Of a stretch of DNA of 63,679 nucleotides, positions 45,745-55,042 are shown piece by piece. The notes below the pieces were generated by a model that was not told the origin of the DNA, searched no databases, and was given only the letters and a program-made list of their open reading frames with translations. The position numbers and the translations under genes were made by a program. Positions within the stretch are counted from its first letter, which is position 1. The number at the start of each line of letters is the position of its first letter. The stretch comes from a virus (Duplodnaviria; Caudoviricetes): IMG/VR virus record IMGVR_UViG_3300030102_005966, positions 1 to 63,679 of that record. One strand, given 5' to 3'.

Positions 45745-47058
45745 TTAATTTCCTAAGCTAAAGGCAGGGTTTCGGGCAGGGGCTTGGGTATTTCCGGTAG
45801 AGTCTTCTACTATAGACCCTAAAATATTTGTTTCTCTATCAAGATAAAATCTAACTAAAGCAGCTGCATCTTGCAAAGGAGCTAAGACGTTTTTATTTTT
45901 CCAAGTGTAAGTCTTTCTATCTTCAATTATTTTATTAAGGTTTTCTATTGCGGGGTCATCCTTTAATACCCGTTCAGGTGCCACTATAGCAAGTAAAGAA
46001 AGAATATTACCGGCAATAGTGGCAGGGTCTGTCTTTATATTTCTACCCCCAAACGCACCATAACCCATAGTATCATCCGCGCTTGCCACAAAGTTTTTCT
46101 CCAGTGATTGCAATCTCTCACGGGCATCTGATATCCGCTTTATACGTAAGTTATATCGTTGAAGATTAAACTCTCGCTCCGCCTTAGTCGCAGATATACG
46201 CCTATCAGCAGCAAAATAGCTTGCTGCCTGTTTAGCGATGAGTGCTGATTGAGAGTGTAAACCCAAATCATCTATTAACTTCCCTTGATCTTCTGTCGAT
46301 AAGTCAGACAAGACCTGAGCCGCCTGAAGACCAAAAGACCTATCAGCTCTCTTGGCTGCATCTTCATATTGCCTCTCGCCAGTTAACTCCGCACGAGCAC
46401 TTCCAACCATAGAAGCTATGCGAGGTCTGTCCATTAGAGCAGCTACTTGGGGATCACGGGAAAGGATGCCTATCTTCTGCAGCTTTACTTCCCTAGATTC
46501 GGGTCCAGCCATAATATTACCGATCCGCCCACTTAACCCACCAAGCATATCTTCTACCTCACGATCCTTTCCTATGTCGCGGCGGAACGCTGCCAATTTT
46601 TCAGAAGCTGCTTGAAAAGCTTGCTCTGAGGCTCGGGTTCTCATGTCGCGCTCAGCACGTTTAGCTTGTAACTCTTCAGCAGCCAAGGCATCTCCTGTAA
46701 ACCCACTTGCATACTTATCAACTAACATCTGCTGCTCGCTACTAGATAAGCCGGAAGAACCTAAGGAACCAAAAAACTGCCCCCGTAACGGAGCAATATC
46801 TCTTTCAAAGTCTAACCCGCCTGCTGTTGCTTGAGCCTGCAACGCCTGAATATCACGCGCAGCTTGATCAAGTTCCCGAAACTCAGGACGCATAATGCTC
46901 GGTTCTTGTAACCGAGCCATCTCTGCAGCCGCCGCCATCTTCCCTGCTTCACCCCTAAAGCCTTTCTTGGCTAGTCGCCGGGATGCTCTTTTAAGACGCG
47001 AAGAATTACGGTCGAGAGACCGCCGTTGTGTAAAAAAGGTATCGTCAGGTGATGGCAT
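45745..47058 (-). CDS. Putative internal virion/ejection protein
   Basis: 437 aa, Ala/Arg/Gln-rich helical, immediately upstream of the giant gene. Confidence 0.55.
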   Translation of the reverse strand: MPSPDDTFFTQRRSLDRNSSRLKRASRRLAKKGFRGEAGKMAAAAEMARLQEPSIMRPEFRELDQAARDIQALQAQATAGGLDFERDIAPLRGQFFGSLGSSGLSSSEQQMLVDKYASGFTGDALAAEELQAKRAERDMRTRASEQAFQAASEKLAAFRRDIGKDREVEDMLGGLSGRIGNIMAGPESREVKLQKIGILSRDPQVAALMDRPRIASMVGSARAELTGERQYEDAAKRADRSFGLQAAQVLSDLSTEDQGKLIDDLGLHSQSALIAKQAASYFAADRRISATKAEREFNLQRYNLRIKRISDARERLQSLEKNFVASADDTMGYGAFGGRNIKTDPATIAGNILSLLAIVAPERVLKDDPAIENLNKIIEDRKTYTWKNKNVLAPLQDAAALVRFYLDRETNILGSIVEDSTGNTQAPARNPAFSLGN

Positions 47059-47060
47059 TA

Positions 47061-48020
47061 TTACTTTTTCTCCTTAGTTGCTTCCCTAAGTAGTGGGTTT
47101 GTGCCGGGAGGTGTATACACCGGACCAGCCTCTGCCTCGTCTTTTGATATATTAGGCACGGTTGCTCCTCTCTTTGTAGTCCCTGTAGTCCCTGTAGTCC
47201 CTGTAGTCCCTGTAGGTTTTTTCTTGTAAAGATCCATAAACGACTGACCCGATTTCTTAGACCCTCTATACGACACGCCCCGTTCGGTTTGAGTAGCTAC
47301 CATAGGCGTATTTGAACCTTTGGTTTTTTGAGCAGTAGGAGTGCCCGCAGACTTTCTTGCGGTGGCTATTGATCGTCTTAAATTTTTAATGCTATCTTCT
47401 TTATCCCACTTTTCTTTCCACCGAGCATCCTGCCCCCTTTTCTCACGCTCATAACGCTGCTGGGGAGTTTCCCGCTTACCGGCTATGGACTGCCTAATCT
47501 TTTGTATTTTTCCTGCTTGTGTGAGGTTAGCTTTTTGTTCAGGGGTTTCTGCATACGTCCTTGCTAAGAAATCAGAAACGTCTTTTCCGCGCAACCCCAG
47601 CCCTGCTGCTTTTTCTTCCATCCCCGGTTGACCGAGGACAGCGGCTCTAATATCTTTGTCGCTCCCTTTTGTCTGTTCTTCTTTATATTTTTCATACATA
47701 CCCTTTAGCTCTTTAGCAAAACCCTGACGGGCTTTATTTAATTCGGAACGGGTGGTGTATTTTGGAGCGGCAGGGGCAGCAGGGGCGTCGTCGCGGTCAA
47801 ATTTCTTTTTTTGAATATCACGAAACAATTTCATGAATTGTTTTGCTCGCTTCGCTTCGCCTTGAGCCCCTGACCTATCTATCGCATCCAATTCCTTAGT
47901 AGCTCCTTTTGGCTTTGGTGCTTGTCCGAATAAGAAGTCAGCTAATCCTGTAGGTGTTGGTCCGAATAAGTAATCAGATAAGTCCTTTCCTGCGAGTGGT
48001 TTCTCGTTACCGTTTGCCAT
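47061..48020 (-). CDS. Basic low-complexity protein, putative internal virion protein (ATG 48020 preferred)
   Basis: Lys-rich; repeated DYLFG/DFLFG motif; 9-bp tandem repeat (GTT peptide) near 47175-47213. Confidence 0.55.
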   Translation of the reverse strand: MANGNEKPLAGKDLSDYLFGPTPTGLADFLFGQAPKPKGATKELDAIDRSGAQGEAKRAKQFMKLFRDIQKKKFDRDDAPAAPAAPKYTTRSELNKARQGFAKELKGMYEKYKEEQTKGSDKDIRAAVLGQPGMEEKAAGLGLRGKDVSDFLARTYAETPEQKANLTQAGKIQKIRQSIAGKRETPQQRYEREKRGQDARWKEKWDKEDSIKNLRRSIATARKSAGTPTAQKTKGSNTPMVATQTERGVSYRGSKKSGQSFMDLYKKKPTGTTGTTGTTGTTKRGATVPNISKDEAEAGPVYTPPGTNPLLREATKEKK

Positions 48021-48073
48021 CGTATAGTTTAATTTTTTTGTGTCCAAAGTCAAGAGCTGGACTTGACACCTAT

Positions 48074-48147
48074 AAAGTTCTCTTAAGTAATGTCTGTAGT
48101 TTATTCTAAAATAGAATAAACTACAGACAGGGTATAGAAAAGTTTAT
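48074..48147. repeat. ~75-bp dispersed element, copy 2, with a perfect 18-bp-arm palindrome
   Basis: tgtctgtagtttattcta-aaa-tagaataaactacagaca (48091-48129). Confidence 0.8.
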
Positions 48148-48149
48148 TA

Positions 48150-49925
48150 CTACGAAATAAGAGAGCTGTCAGTTGGGCGTAAAATTGACGTTAAGTTCTT
48201 CAGGCTCCGTTTTGGTTTGCTTAAAGTTTGATTGTTTTCGTCGGGGGGTGATACAGCAGTGAGCCCGTGTCGCTGGCGAGCTAAGTCCAAACAAAGAAAC
48301 GCTGCGTCTGCCAAGTCAGGGGACTTACCAAACCTCGCCTTGAACGCTGGTTTGGATTCAATACGAATACGGAGCGTCCCGCCCTTAACTGTTTCGTAGT
48401 TTCTACCCGTAATCTCCTGAGCTAAGTCAGCGTTGATGCCAAAGAATTGTTTTGTTCTGATCAGTTCCTTACCCACCCACCAAAGCTCGGACACACGATT
48501 CATGTAGAGTTCCGTGCCTACTAGCTTACTATTCTCACTCACCCTCTTATCCGATGCTTTACCACCAAAAGAAACGCGAAGAATCTGATCGCTCCATTCC
48601 CCTGCAAGGACATCGCAAAAAGGAGCACCCGCACCAGTGCTGTCCACAGCGAGGTCTTGGCCTGCAATGCCGCGTTTCTTGCACTCATCCACAATCTGCC
48701 TCACAATCTGAAAAGTCCTCGGGACCGCTTTGTTGGTGGCATCGTCCGTGATTTCCACCAAATCACCCAGCTCGAATACAAAGTGCCCTTTTGTATCGTA
48801 GCCAACTTTTCCGCAGGCGAGCACCGTCCGGTCACCTCCATTAGTAAAGGCGGGGTCGAGCCCTGCAATAGGTGTGGGTTTGCCTGACCACTCCACAGAA
48901 CCCATAGCTCCTGACTGGGCTAGTTCTGCTTCGTTGTATATCCCTTCAGCCTCGTCCGAATCAAAGAACACAGCCCGCACCATTCGCATATACCCCCTAC
49001 TCTTAGGACCGAGCAAAGCCTTGTCTTCGTTGAGCTTTTCGGTCGTAGGTAGCCAAGGATATATAGTCTCCTCCGCTATTACGTTTGGTGACTTCTCCCC
49101 ATCGAAGCGGAGATATTTCCCGTTCCACTTAGTAGTCCAGCTTTCTGCTGTCTGCGTGTCAATCAAATCCCATCCCTCTTTCGGTTCACTCCACACTCCA
49201 AAGGCGTCAAACCGAGAATTGGGATTGGACATCCCGATCATCTGGAATTCAGGGTTCTTCGACAGGTTAGATAATCCAGCTTGGAGTATGGATTCGCTGA
49301 TTTCCGAAAGTTCGTCGCAAACAACGAGAACGCGCTTTTGCTTGATTCCGATGAACTTACCTACAGCTTCTCTTGTCCTACTCCGCTCTGCTGCGATTAG
49401 AGCCAAGCCAGCCCGTTCGATTAGAGTCCCTTTCTCGTTTACGTAACTTGCGCTACCTATCGAGTCACGAATCTTGATGGGTGCTCCTTCGATTACCGTT
49501 AGCAAACTAATGACTGAACCCCATATCCGCTTCCTTGCTTCCCTAAGTGTTGTGGATGTAAGCAAGATAAGGGTGTCTCTCGGTTGTGATAACCAGTTAA
49601 GGACTGCCCATGCCGCCATGGTGTGTGACTTACCACTGTTTGCAGCCCCACCTATAGCAACATACTTGTTCTGAATCACGGCACGAATCATCTCCACCGC
49701 CCAAGGATGCTTTACCATTAACGGTTCAGGTAAGTCGGGATGATTCCACAGCTCGTCACATAGCCGCCAAAAGTAATACTCTCGCGCTTTGTTAGAACCG
49801 TGGTGAGCAAACCCATAAAGTAAAGCGGTGAGCAAGCTTGTGGGCTTTATCATAAGCCCTCCTACATCCATCTTTTTAGTTTTGGGGTCTATACGTGGCT
49901 CGAAGACAGGTAATGATTTACTCAT
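48150..49925 (-). CDS. terL: Terminase large subunit
   Basis: Walker A GAANSGKS, Walker B LVVCDE, motif III MSNP; nuclease AGLDPA..GGD, VDSTGAG, SPDLADA. Confidence 0.9.
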   Translation of the reverse strand: MSKSLPVFEPRIDPKTKKMDVGGLMIKPTSLLTALLYGFAHHGSNKAREYYFWRLCDELWNHPDLPEPLMVKHPWAVEMIRAVIQNKYVAIGGAANSGKSHTMAAWAVLNWLSQPRDTLILLTSTTLREARKRIWGSVISLLTVIEGAPIKIRDSIGSASYVNEKGTLIERAGLALIAAERSRTREAVGKFIGIKQKRVLVVCDELSEISESILQAGLSNLSKNPEFQMIGMSNPNSRFDAFGVWSEPKEGWDLIDTQTAESWTTKWNGKYLRFDGEKSPNVIAEETIYPWLPTTEKLNEDKALLGPKSRGYMRMVRAVFFDSDEAEGIYNEAELAQSGAMGSVEWSGKPTPIAGLDPAFTNGGDRTVLACGKVGYDTKGHFVFELGDLVEITDDATNKAVPRTFQIVRQIVDECKKRGIAGQDLAVDSTGAGAPFCDVLAGEWSDQILRVSFGGKASDKRVSENSKLVGTELYMNRVSELWWVGKELIRTKQFFGINADLAQEITGRNYETVKGGTLRIRIESKPAFKARFGKSPDLADAAFLCLDLARQRHGLTAVSPPDENNQTLSKPKRSLKNLTSILRPTDSSLIS

Positions 49926-49929
49926 TCAG

Positions 49930-49958
49930 TTGAAATTTTTGAATACAAAGAGTATAAT
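49930..49958 (+). promoter_or_regulatory. Strong sigma70-like promoter of the plus-strand terS/replication operon
   Basis: TTGAAA-N17-TATAAT ending 9 nt before GTG 49968; the spacer contains the box variant TTTGAATACAAA. Confidence 0.75.
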
Positions 49959-49967
49959 TTACATATT

Positions 49968-50573
49968 GTGGCAGCGAAATCTAAAAAACCACAGTTACTT
50001 CAACGGGCTCTTGAGCTTTATAACCAAGACTACAAGCTCAATGCGATTAGCAGAGAGCTAGGTATTCACTCGTCTACTCTTCGGCGGTGGTTTCGTAAAG
50101 AAGGAATTGAAGCAAAGACCAACCCCCACGGCAGTAATCCACGAGAAGAAGACCCCGACCCACTTCAAACAGCTGTTGATAACAATCTAGAAGACGCCAC
50201 CGCAGAAGCTATTAAGCTTGCAGCACATGACGCAAGGTTAGCCGAAGACAAGGCGATGATGGAAATTGCCGAGTCGCAATCTAGCCCAGCTGAAAAATAC
50301 CAAAGCTACGTCGCTGCAGCCTCTATTAAGATATTACGTGATTCAATAAAAAACTTACGCGGACCCCGGACAGTTAAGGAGTTAAGCGAGTTGGATCAAT
50401 TAATACGTAGAAACCTAGGGCTCAATTCTAGGACAGGTGGAGGTCAAAGTAAGATGCAAATTGACATCAGCATTTTAAATGACACGAAAGCGGATAGAGG
50501 TGGTGGAGCCTTGAAGGTTGAATCCAAAAAAGTAATTGAGGCTGAAACCATTGAGGACTCTGAAGATGTTTGA
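49968..50573 (+). CDS. N-terminal HTH protein, putative terminase small subunit
   Basis: ALELY....LNAISRELGIHSSTLRRW HTH, helical middle, beta-like C-terminal tail; adjacent (divergent) to terL. Confidence 0.55.
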   Translation: MAAKSKKPQLLQRALELYNQDYKLNAISRELGIHSSTLRRWFRKEGIEAKTNPHGSNPREEDPDPLQTAVDNNLEDATAEAIKLAAHDARLAEDKAMMEIAESQSSPAEKYQSYVAAASIKILRDSIKNLRGPRTVKELSELDQLIRRNLGLNSRTGGGQSKMQIDISILNDTKADRGGGALKVESKKVIEAETIEDSEDV

Positions 50574-50811
50574 ACCTGACGAAGATTACTCCGATGGGTT
50601 ATTAAAATACCCCGATCTAGAACAAGCGTTTATAGGACCTGTAGAAAGGCACGGGAAAGCCCCTATTGCGTGTTACTCAAAAAAAGACACGATCAATCTG
50701 TTGCAGAGAAAACTACGTGTGTCGGCTAGTGAAGCTCATGAAACATATGAGTTTGATCTTCTGCAGATAGATCACGGAGAAGCCACTCCTGTATTCTTAG
50801 ATGATACCTAG
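50566..50811 (+). CDS. Conserved small phage protein, paralog of 58966..59226
   Basis: L..AF.G...A.YS....I.....EA.E......GE.TP pattern shared with 58966..59226. Confidence 0.6.
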   Translation: MFEPDEDYSDGLLKYPDLEQAFIGPVERHGKAPIACYSKKDTINLLQRKLRVSASEAHETYEFDLLQIDHGEATPVFLDDT

Positions 50812-50814
50812 GAT

Positions 50815-51063
50815 ATGTTCCCCGACCGTATTATCGTTAAAGACCCTGCTGTAATCGTTAGGAAGAACTTACCTCAGGGTGAGTTTACTTTTGAACAGCA
50901 CAAAATGCTGGGTGTCTTTTTCTTGGTTATTCCGAGCACAGCCAAAGAAGTTTATTACCTACAGATGCTCGGCAAGAACATAGACCTATTTATTCCTGCC
51001 TCCGGGGACGGTCTAATTGTTCGACAAAAATGTTTAGGCGCAGGTATCCCTCTTGCTGATTAA
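50815..51063 (+). CDS. Hypothetical protein
   Basis: 82 aa, coupled to the next gene. Confidence 0.55.
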   Translation: MFPDRIIVKDPAVIVRKNLPQGEFTFEQHKMLGVFFLVIPSTAKEVYYLQMLGKNIDLFIPASGDGLIVRQKCLGAGIPLAD

Positions 51064-51545
51064 TGATTATTGGTATTGATAATGGTCTCGACGGGGGTCT
51101 CGTCGCAATATCTAAGCACACTGGTGGCATTATATCTAAAACAGTTATGCCCACTATGCGTCGCGCTGGAAAACGTGAAGTCAACACGGTTGAGGTTTAC
51201 AAGTGGATGGTTGGATTGCACACTCCATTTTGTATTGCTATCGAGGAACCGTTGAAACATGCTCGTTCTTCTCAAGCCGTTAGGTCAATGGGAATTAGTT
51301 TCGGTAAAATATTAGGAATGGCTGAATGCAAAGGCTGGGACATCATGTGTATCAGCGTTCACAAATGGCAAAAGCAAATGCTCGGACATATACCAAAAGG
51401 GAAAACGAAAGAAGCTGCCCTCGACCTAGCATATGAATTAGTTCCCGACGAGTGCTGGCAAAAATCAAAAAGGGCAAGCAAGCCCCACGACGGCATGGTT
51501 GATGCCTTTCTCATTGCCCGATACGTGCGTGGGAAAACTGCTTAA
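51063..51545 (+). CDS. RuvC-like Holliday junction resolvase
   Basis: IIGIDNG, IAIEE, FG...G, W.K, K..A, HDGMVDAFLIA. Confidence 0.8.
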   Translation: MIIGIDNGLDGGLVAISKHTGGIISKTVMPTMRRAGKREVNTVEVYKWMVGLHTPFCIAIEEPLKHARSSQAVRSMGISFGKILGMAECKGWDIMCISVHKWQKQMLGHIPKGKTKEAALDLAYELVPDECWQKSKRASKPHDGMVDAFLIARYVRGKTA

Positions 51546-51594
51546 TTCAATTTTTTTCTAGACACCATTGAGGAGTCGTCGTAGATAACCCCTC

Positions 51595-52890
51595 ATGAAA
51601 ACTCTGTTTACGAAACAGGAAGAAGCAGCTGACTTCTTCCTAAGGACACTGAAGGAAGGCAGAAACACTCTCGACGCATCAGCCGTCGGGACAGGTAAAA
51701 CTGTTGTAGCTGCCTACGTAGCCGAAAAACTTAAATGCCCCGTAGCGGTAATATGCCCTAAGGCAGTGATACCCTCATGGGAACGCGAACTAAACGAACG
51801 GGGTATAAAACCCATATTCGTTTTGAATTACGAAAAGATAAGAAGGGGTGTGGCTCCACACATGCGGAAGTCAGGTAAAAAAATTATGACATGGCACCTC
51901 CCAAAAGACACCCTCATACTTATGGATGAGATACAGAGGGCAAAAGGACCGTATACTCAGAACGCTCAGTTATTAATCTCGTTAATCCAACAAGGATACC
52001 GGGTGCACGGAATGAGTGCGACCGCTGCGGAAGACCCTACAGAAATGCGCCCACTAGGATACATGCTTGGACTCCACAGCCTTAACAAGTCTGAGGGAAT
52101 ACTTTCAAACTGGTATAGGTGGATGGGTCAGCATGGGTGTAAAAAAGATCACTGGGGTCAGTGGCGTGTTGTCTCTCGCTCACGTATAGCAGGAGTGCGT
52201 GAAAAGATTTTTGGCACTACTGGACACAAGCTGACTGTCTCAGACTTTCCGGACTCCTTTAAAAACAACCGTGTATTTGAGGAACCTATACAATTCTCCA
52301 GTAGCAGTAAGATTGCTAAGGCTTACGAAGATTTAGGTATAACGCCGAGCATCGTGGAGTCCTATGTTGAGAACGGAACGGTTACTGATAGCGAGCACAT
52401 GCTGGTTAACATCCTTAGGGCACGACAACTTGCCGAGAGCTTCAAGGCAGTTGACCTCGCGGAGATGGCTCAAGACATGTTGGATGAAGGAAATAGTGTA
52501 GTTATTTTCGTGAACTTCCGAGAGACTGTTGATCTTCTGACCGCTAAATTGAATTGCGGAAGGATTGACGGAGGGCAGACCGTTGAAGAAAGGCAAAAAG
52601 TTATCGACGACTTCCAAGCAGACAAGACTCATGTGGTGGTCGCCAATATTGCTGCAGGGGGAACTGGACTATCACTACACGATTTAAATGGAAACCGACC
52701 CCGTGTTAGTTTAATATGCCCCACATTTGCAGCAAAGGACTACGTTCAAACTCTCGGACGGATACACCGTAATGGAGCCAAAAGTGATGCGCTCCAAAAA
52801 GTGCTGATAGCTGCGGACACCGTAGAAGAAAATGTAATGACTGCTATCAACAGAAAACTAAGTAACATGAAAGAGCTATTAGAAGTATGA
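51595..52890 (+). CDS. Superfamily 2 helicase
   Basis: GTGKT, DEIQ, SAT, GGTGLSL, QTLGRIHR. Confidence 0.9.
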   Translation: MKTLFTKQEEAADFFLRTLKEGRNTLDASAVGTGKTVVAAYVAEKLKCPVAVICPKAVIPSWERELNERGIKPIFVLNYEKIRRGVAPHMRKSGKKIMTWHLPKDTLILMDEIQRAKGPYTQNAQLLISLIQQGYRVHGMSATAAEDPTEMRPLGYMLGLHSLNKSEGILSNWYRWMGQHGCKKDHWGQWRVVSRSRIAGVREKIFGTTGHKLTVSDFPDSFKNNRVFEEPIQFSSSSKIAKAYEDLGITPSIVESYVENGTVTDSEHMLVNILRARQLAESFKAVDLAEMAQDMLDEGNSVVIFVNFRETVDLLTAKLNCGRIDGGQTVEERQKVIDDFQADKTHVVVANIAAGGTGLSLHDLNGNRPRVSLICPTFAAKDYVQTLGRIHRNGAKSDALQKVLIAADTVEENVMTAINRKLSNMKELLEV

Positions 52891-54023
52891 CTGACTCACC
52901 CGACCACGCATCAAGGGGTCATCACCCCCACTCACCCTCATCTCTGAAATACAAACACGCCTGCGCCGGATACAATAGCCGGGAAGGGACAAGTGCTGCA
53001 GCAGAAAAAGGAACCCGTATCCATGAGGCTCTTGAAGTCCGTGACCCTTCAGCCCTTCACGACGAAGAAGAGGTGAGCATATATGAAGAAATAGTAAAAG
53101 AGGAAGCAACCTTTCTCGACTCATTTACAAACGGTAGTTACACGGAACACAATGAAGTAATGCTGGATGTCGAGCTGGATGGAACATCCACCTATGGAAC
53201 ATGCGACCGACTTATTCTCGTAGGCGAAGACCAAGCTATCCTCGCGGATTACAAGACAGGCATATCTGTTATCGACGAACCTCGCGAGAACTGGCAGGCA
53301 AAAGCTTACACTGTCGGTGCTTTCCAGCGTTACCCCCACATTGAGACAATCCAGTTTGTATTCTACGTCCCCGTGAGAAACCAAACTCTGACGGGTGAGT
53401 TTAAACGAGAAGAACTCCCTCAGCTTATTGAAGAGCTATCCAATGTAATTAAGAGGGCAGAGGAAGTAGTGCCCAAGTGGGAGAAAGGAGCCCCACCCCT
53501 GTCTGATTTAAGCCCAAATGTAAACTGCAGATTTTGCGCTTACGAAGACAGGTGCCCTGCTCTTGGCGGTTTAGCTATAGAAGTTGCTTCCCGTGTTGCA
53601 GCAGGAAGCATCCCCGACGGAGATATTGAGAATCCCGAAGACCCGGAAACAATGGAGAAGCTTTGGTCAGTTGCCAAAATCGTATCGAACTGGGCATTGC
53701 GGATCAAATCGAAGGCGATAGCAATGGCTAAGGATGGAGTTGAATACCCATCGCTTCGTCTGCGCTCTATGGGGTCTCCACGGAAATGTAATGACAACGT
53801 GAAGCTGTTAGAAATAGCAGCTCAAATTTCTGATGTGGAGAATGAGGAGGAACTTCGGAGAGAGATTATTGAAATGGCTAATTTACCCTTACGAAAAGTA
53901 GCTGATATGGTAGGTAGTTACGCCGAGGAGGGAGAAAAAAGACAAAAAGCCAATGATTTTCTTGACGCAGCTGAGAAGGCGGACATAGTAAGCACTTCAG
54001 AAGAAAGATTCACTCTTTCCTAA
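52887..54023 (+). CDS. PD-(D/E)xK Cas4-like/DUF2800-type exonuclease
   Basis: SPSS..C, GT..H, GTCD, DYKTG, Q...Y, CRFC....CP. Confidence 0.8.
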   Translation: MTDSPDHASRGHHPHSPSSLKYKHACAGYNSREGTSAAAEKGTRIHEALEVRDPSALHDEEEVSIYEEIVKEEATFLDSFTNGSYTEHNEVMLDVELDGTSTYGTCDRLILVGEDQAILADYKTGISVIDEPRENWQAKAYTVGAFQRYPHIETIQFVFYVPVRNQTLTGEFKREELPQLIEELSNVIKRAEEVVPKWEKGAPPLSDLSPNVNCRFCAYEDRCPALGGLAIEVASRVAAGSIPDGDIENPEDPETMEKLWSVAKIVSNWALRIKSKAIAMAKDGVEYPSLRLRSMGSPRKCNDNVKLLEIAAQISDVENEEELRREIIEMANLPLRKVADMVGSYAEEGEKRQKANDFLDAAEKADIVSTSEERFTLS

Positions 54024-54054
54024 AACACTAAACACTAAACACTAATCTTTAATC

Positions 54055-54699
54055 ATGAGCACTAAAGTAGCGAAGAAAGAAAAAGAAGAGTTGGCAGTAG
54101 CTGAGTTGCCTAAATTAATCATCAGCGCAGAAGACATTGAAATTCCCAAGCTCAATGTTATTCAAAAGCAAAGCAACATCGACGGTAACCCCGGCTCCTT
54201 GATGCTAGAACAAACCCACGAGATTGTGGGTAAAGACCAAGAGGTCTCCGTGACTGTTGTCAACGCTGTCAAAAGATGGCGAGAGGACATTGACTTTGAC
54301 CTCGACGAGATGCCTCGTTATGCAGATAGCGAAGAAGAACGTGCAGCTTTGCAAGCTGACTCCAACTGGTCTGTTATTGAAATCTCGGACATTGTTTTGC
54401 TTTTTGAGAAACCTGAGGGTGGCGATGATACCGTCTACCCTTACCCTATCGGGGACTCACAGTATGCCCTCGGTAAATTGAATGTGCAGAAGGACGGATA
54501 CCGTTGCACCTACAAAAGGCTCGCTACTTATGCAGCCTTTAATCCAACTCAGCCCTTGGCTTCTATCAAATGGAATTTCAAGTGCGAGTTGCTCACAAGA
54601 GGAAAATACTCGTGGTTCGTCCCATCCCTTACCGTAAGCTCAGATGAGCCTTCCGGTGAGGTTGTTGACTTCATCAGTAAGATTTGGACTACTTCCTAA
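54055..54699 (+). CDS. Putative ssDNA-binding protein
   Basis: DIEIPKLNVIQ...PG motif; position between nuclease and polymerase. Confidence 0.55.
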   Translation: MSTKVAKKEKEELAVAELPKLIISAEDIEIPKLNVIQKQSNIDGNPGSLMLEQTHEIVGKDQEVSVTVVNAVKRWREDIDFDLDEMPRYADSEEERAALQADSNWSVIEISDIVLLFEKPEGGDDTVYPYPIGDSQYALGKLNVQKDGYRCTYKRLATYAAFNPTQPLASIKWNFKCELLTRGKYSWFVPSLTVSSDEPSGEVVDFISKIWTTS

Positions 54700-54700
54700 C

Positions 54701-54925
54701 ATGACTGCTGAACCCAACTTTGAAATTTCAGTCCTTGAAGGTGAAATCGAGGGGACTGAAAAAATGATTGAGGATATATCCCAAAAGATTGTGATCCTTG
54801 AGAACCAAAAAAATCGACTGACCTATGTCTTGGAGGTATTTAACGATACCCTTAAAGGACTTAGTGAATCACCCCAACAAGGGGTCATGACACTGGAGAG
54901 TAGCTCTTGTGCTACGGAAAGTTGA
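54701..54925 (+). CDS. Small coiled-coil protein
   Basis: ATG 1 nt after the upstream stop (MTAEPNF...). Confidence 0.5.
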   Translation: MTAEPNFEISVLEGEIEGTEKMIEDISQKIVILENQKNRLTYVLEVFNDTLKGLSESPQQGVMTLESSSCATES

Positions 54926-54987
54926 TAAACATACACTTTCAGTGTGCTTGGTGGATCTGAGCAATAAATCAAAAACACTGATCAACT

Positions 54988-55034
54988 AACCCCGGCAATC
55001 TCTTCGTGTCCTTTCGAGGTTGCCGGGGTTCTTT
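54988..55034 (+). terminator. Terminator-like hairpin just before the polymerase gene
   Basis: aaccccggcaatctc...gaggttgccggggttcttt. Confidence 0.6.
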
Positions 55035-55042
55035 ATGCCCGA

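Noticed and set aside
47175-47213. Short coding tandem repeats (also 9577-9620, 27198-27227, ~41910-41960) as phase-variation switches
   Set aside because: Unit lengths are multiples of three and encode low-complexity linkers, so slippage would not shift the frame
52887-54023. Cas4-like gene as part of a CRISPR-Cas system
   Set aside because: It sits in the helicase-SSB-polymerase module, the usual context of phage PD-(D/E)xK exonucleases
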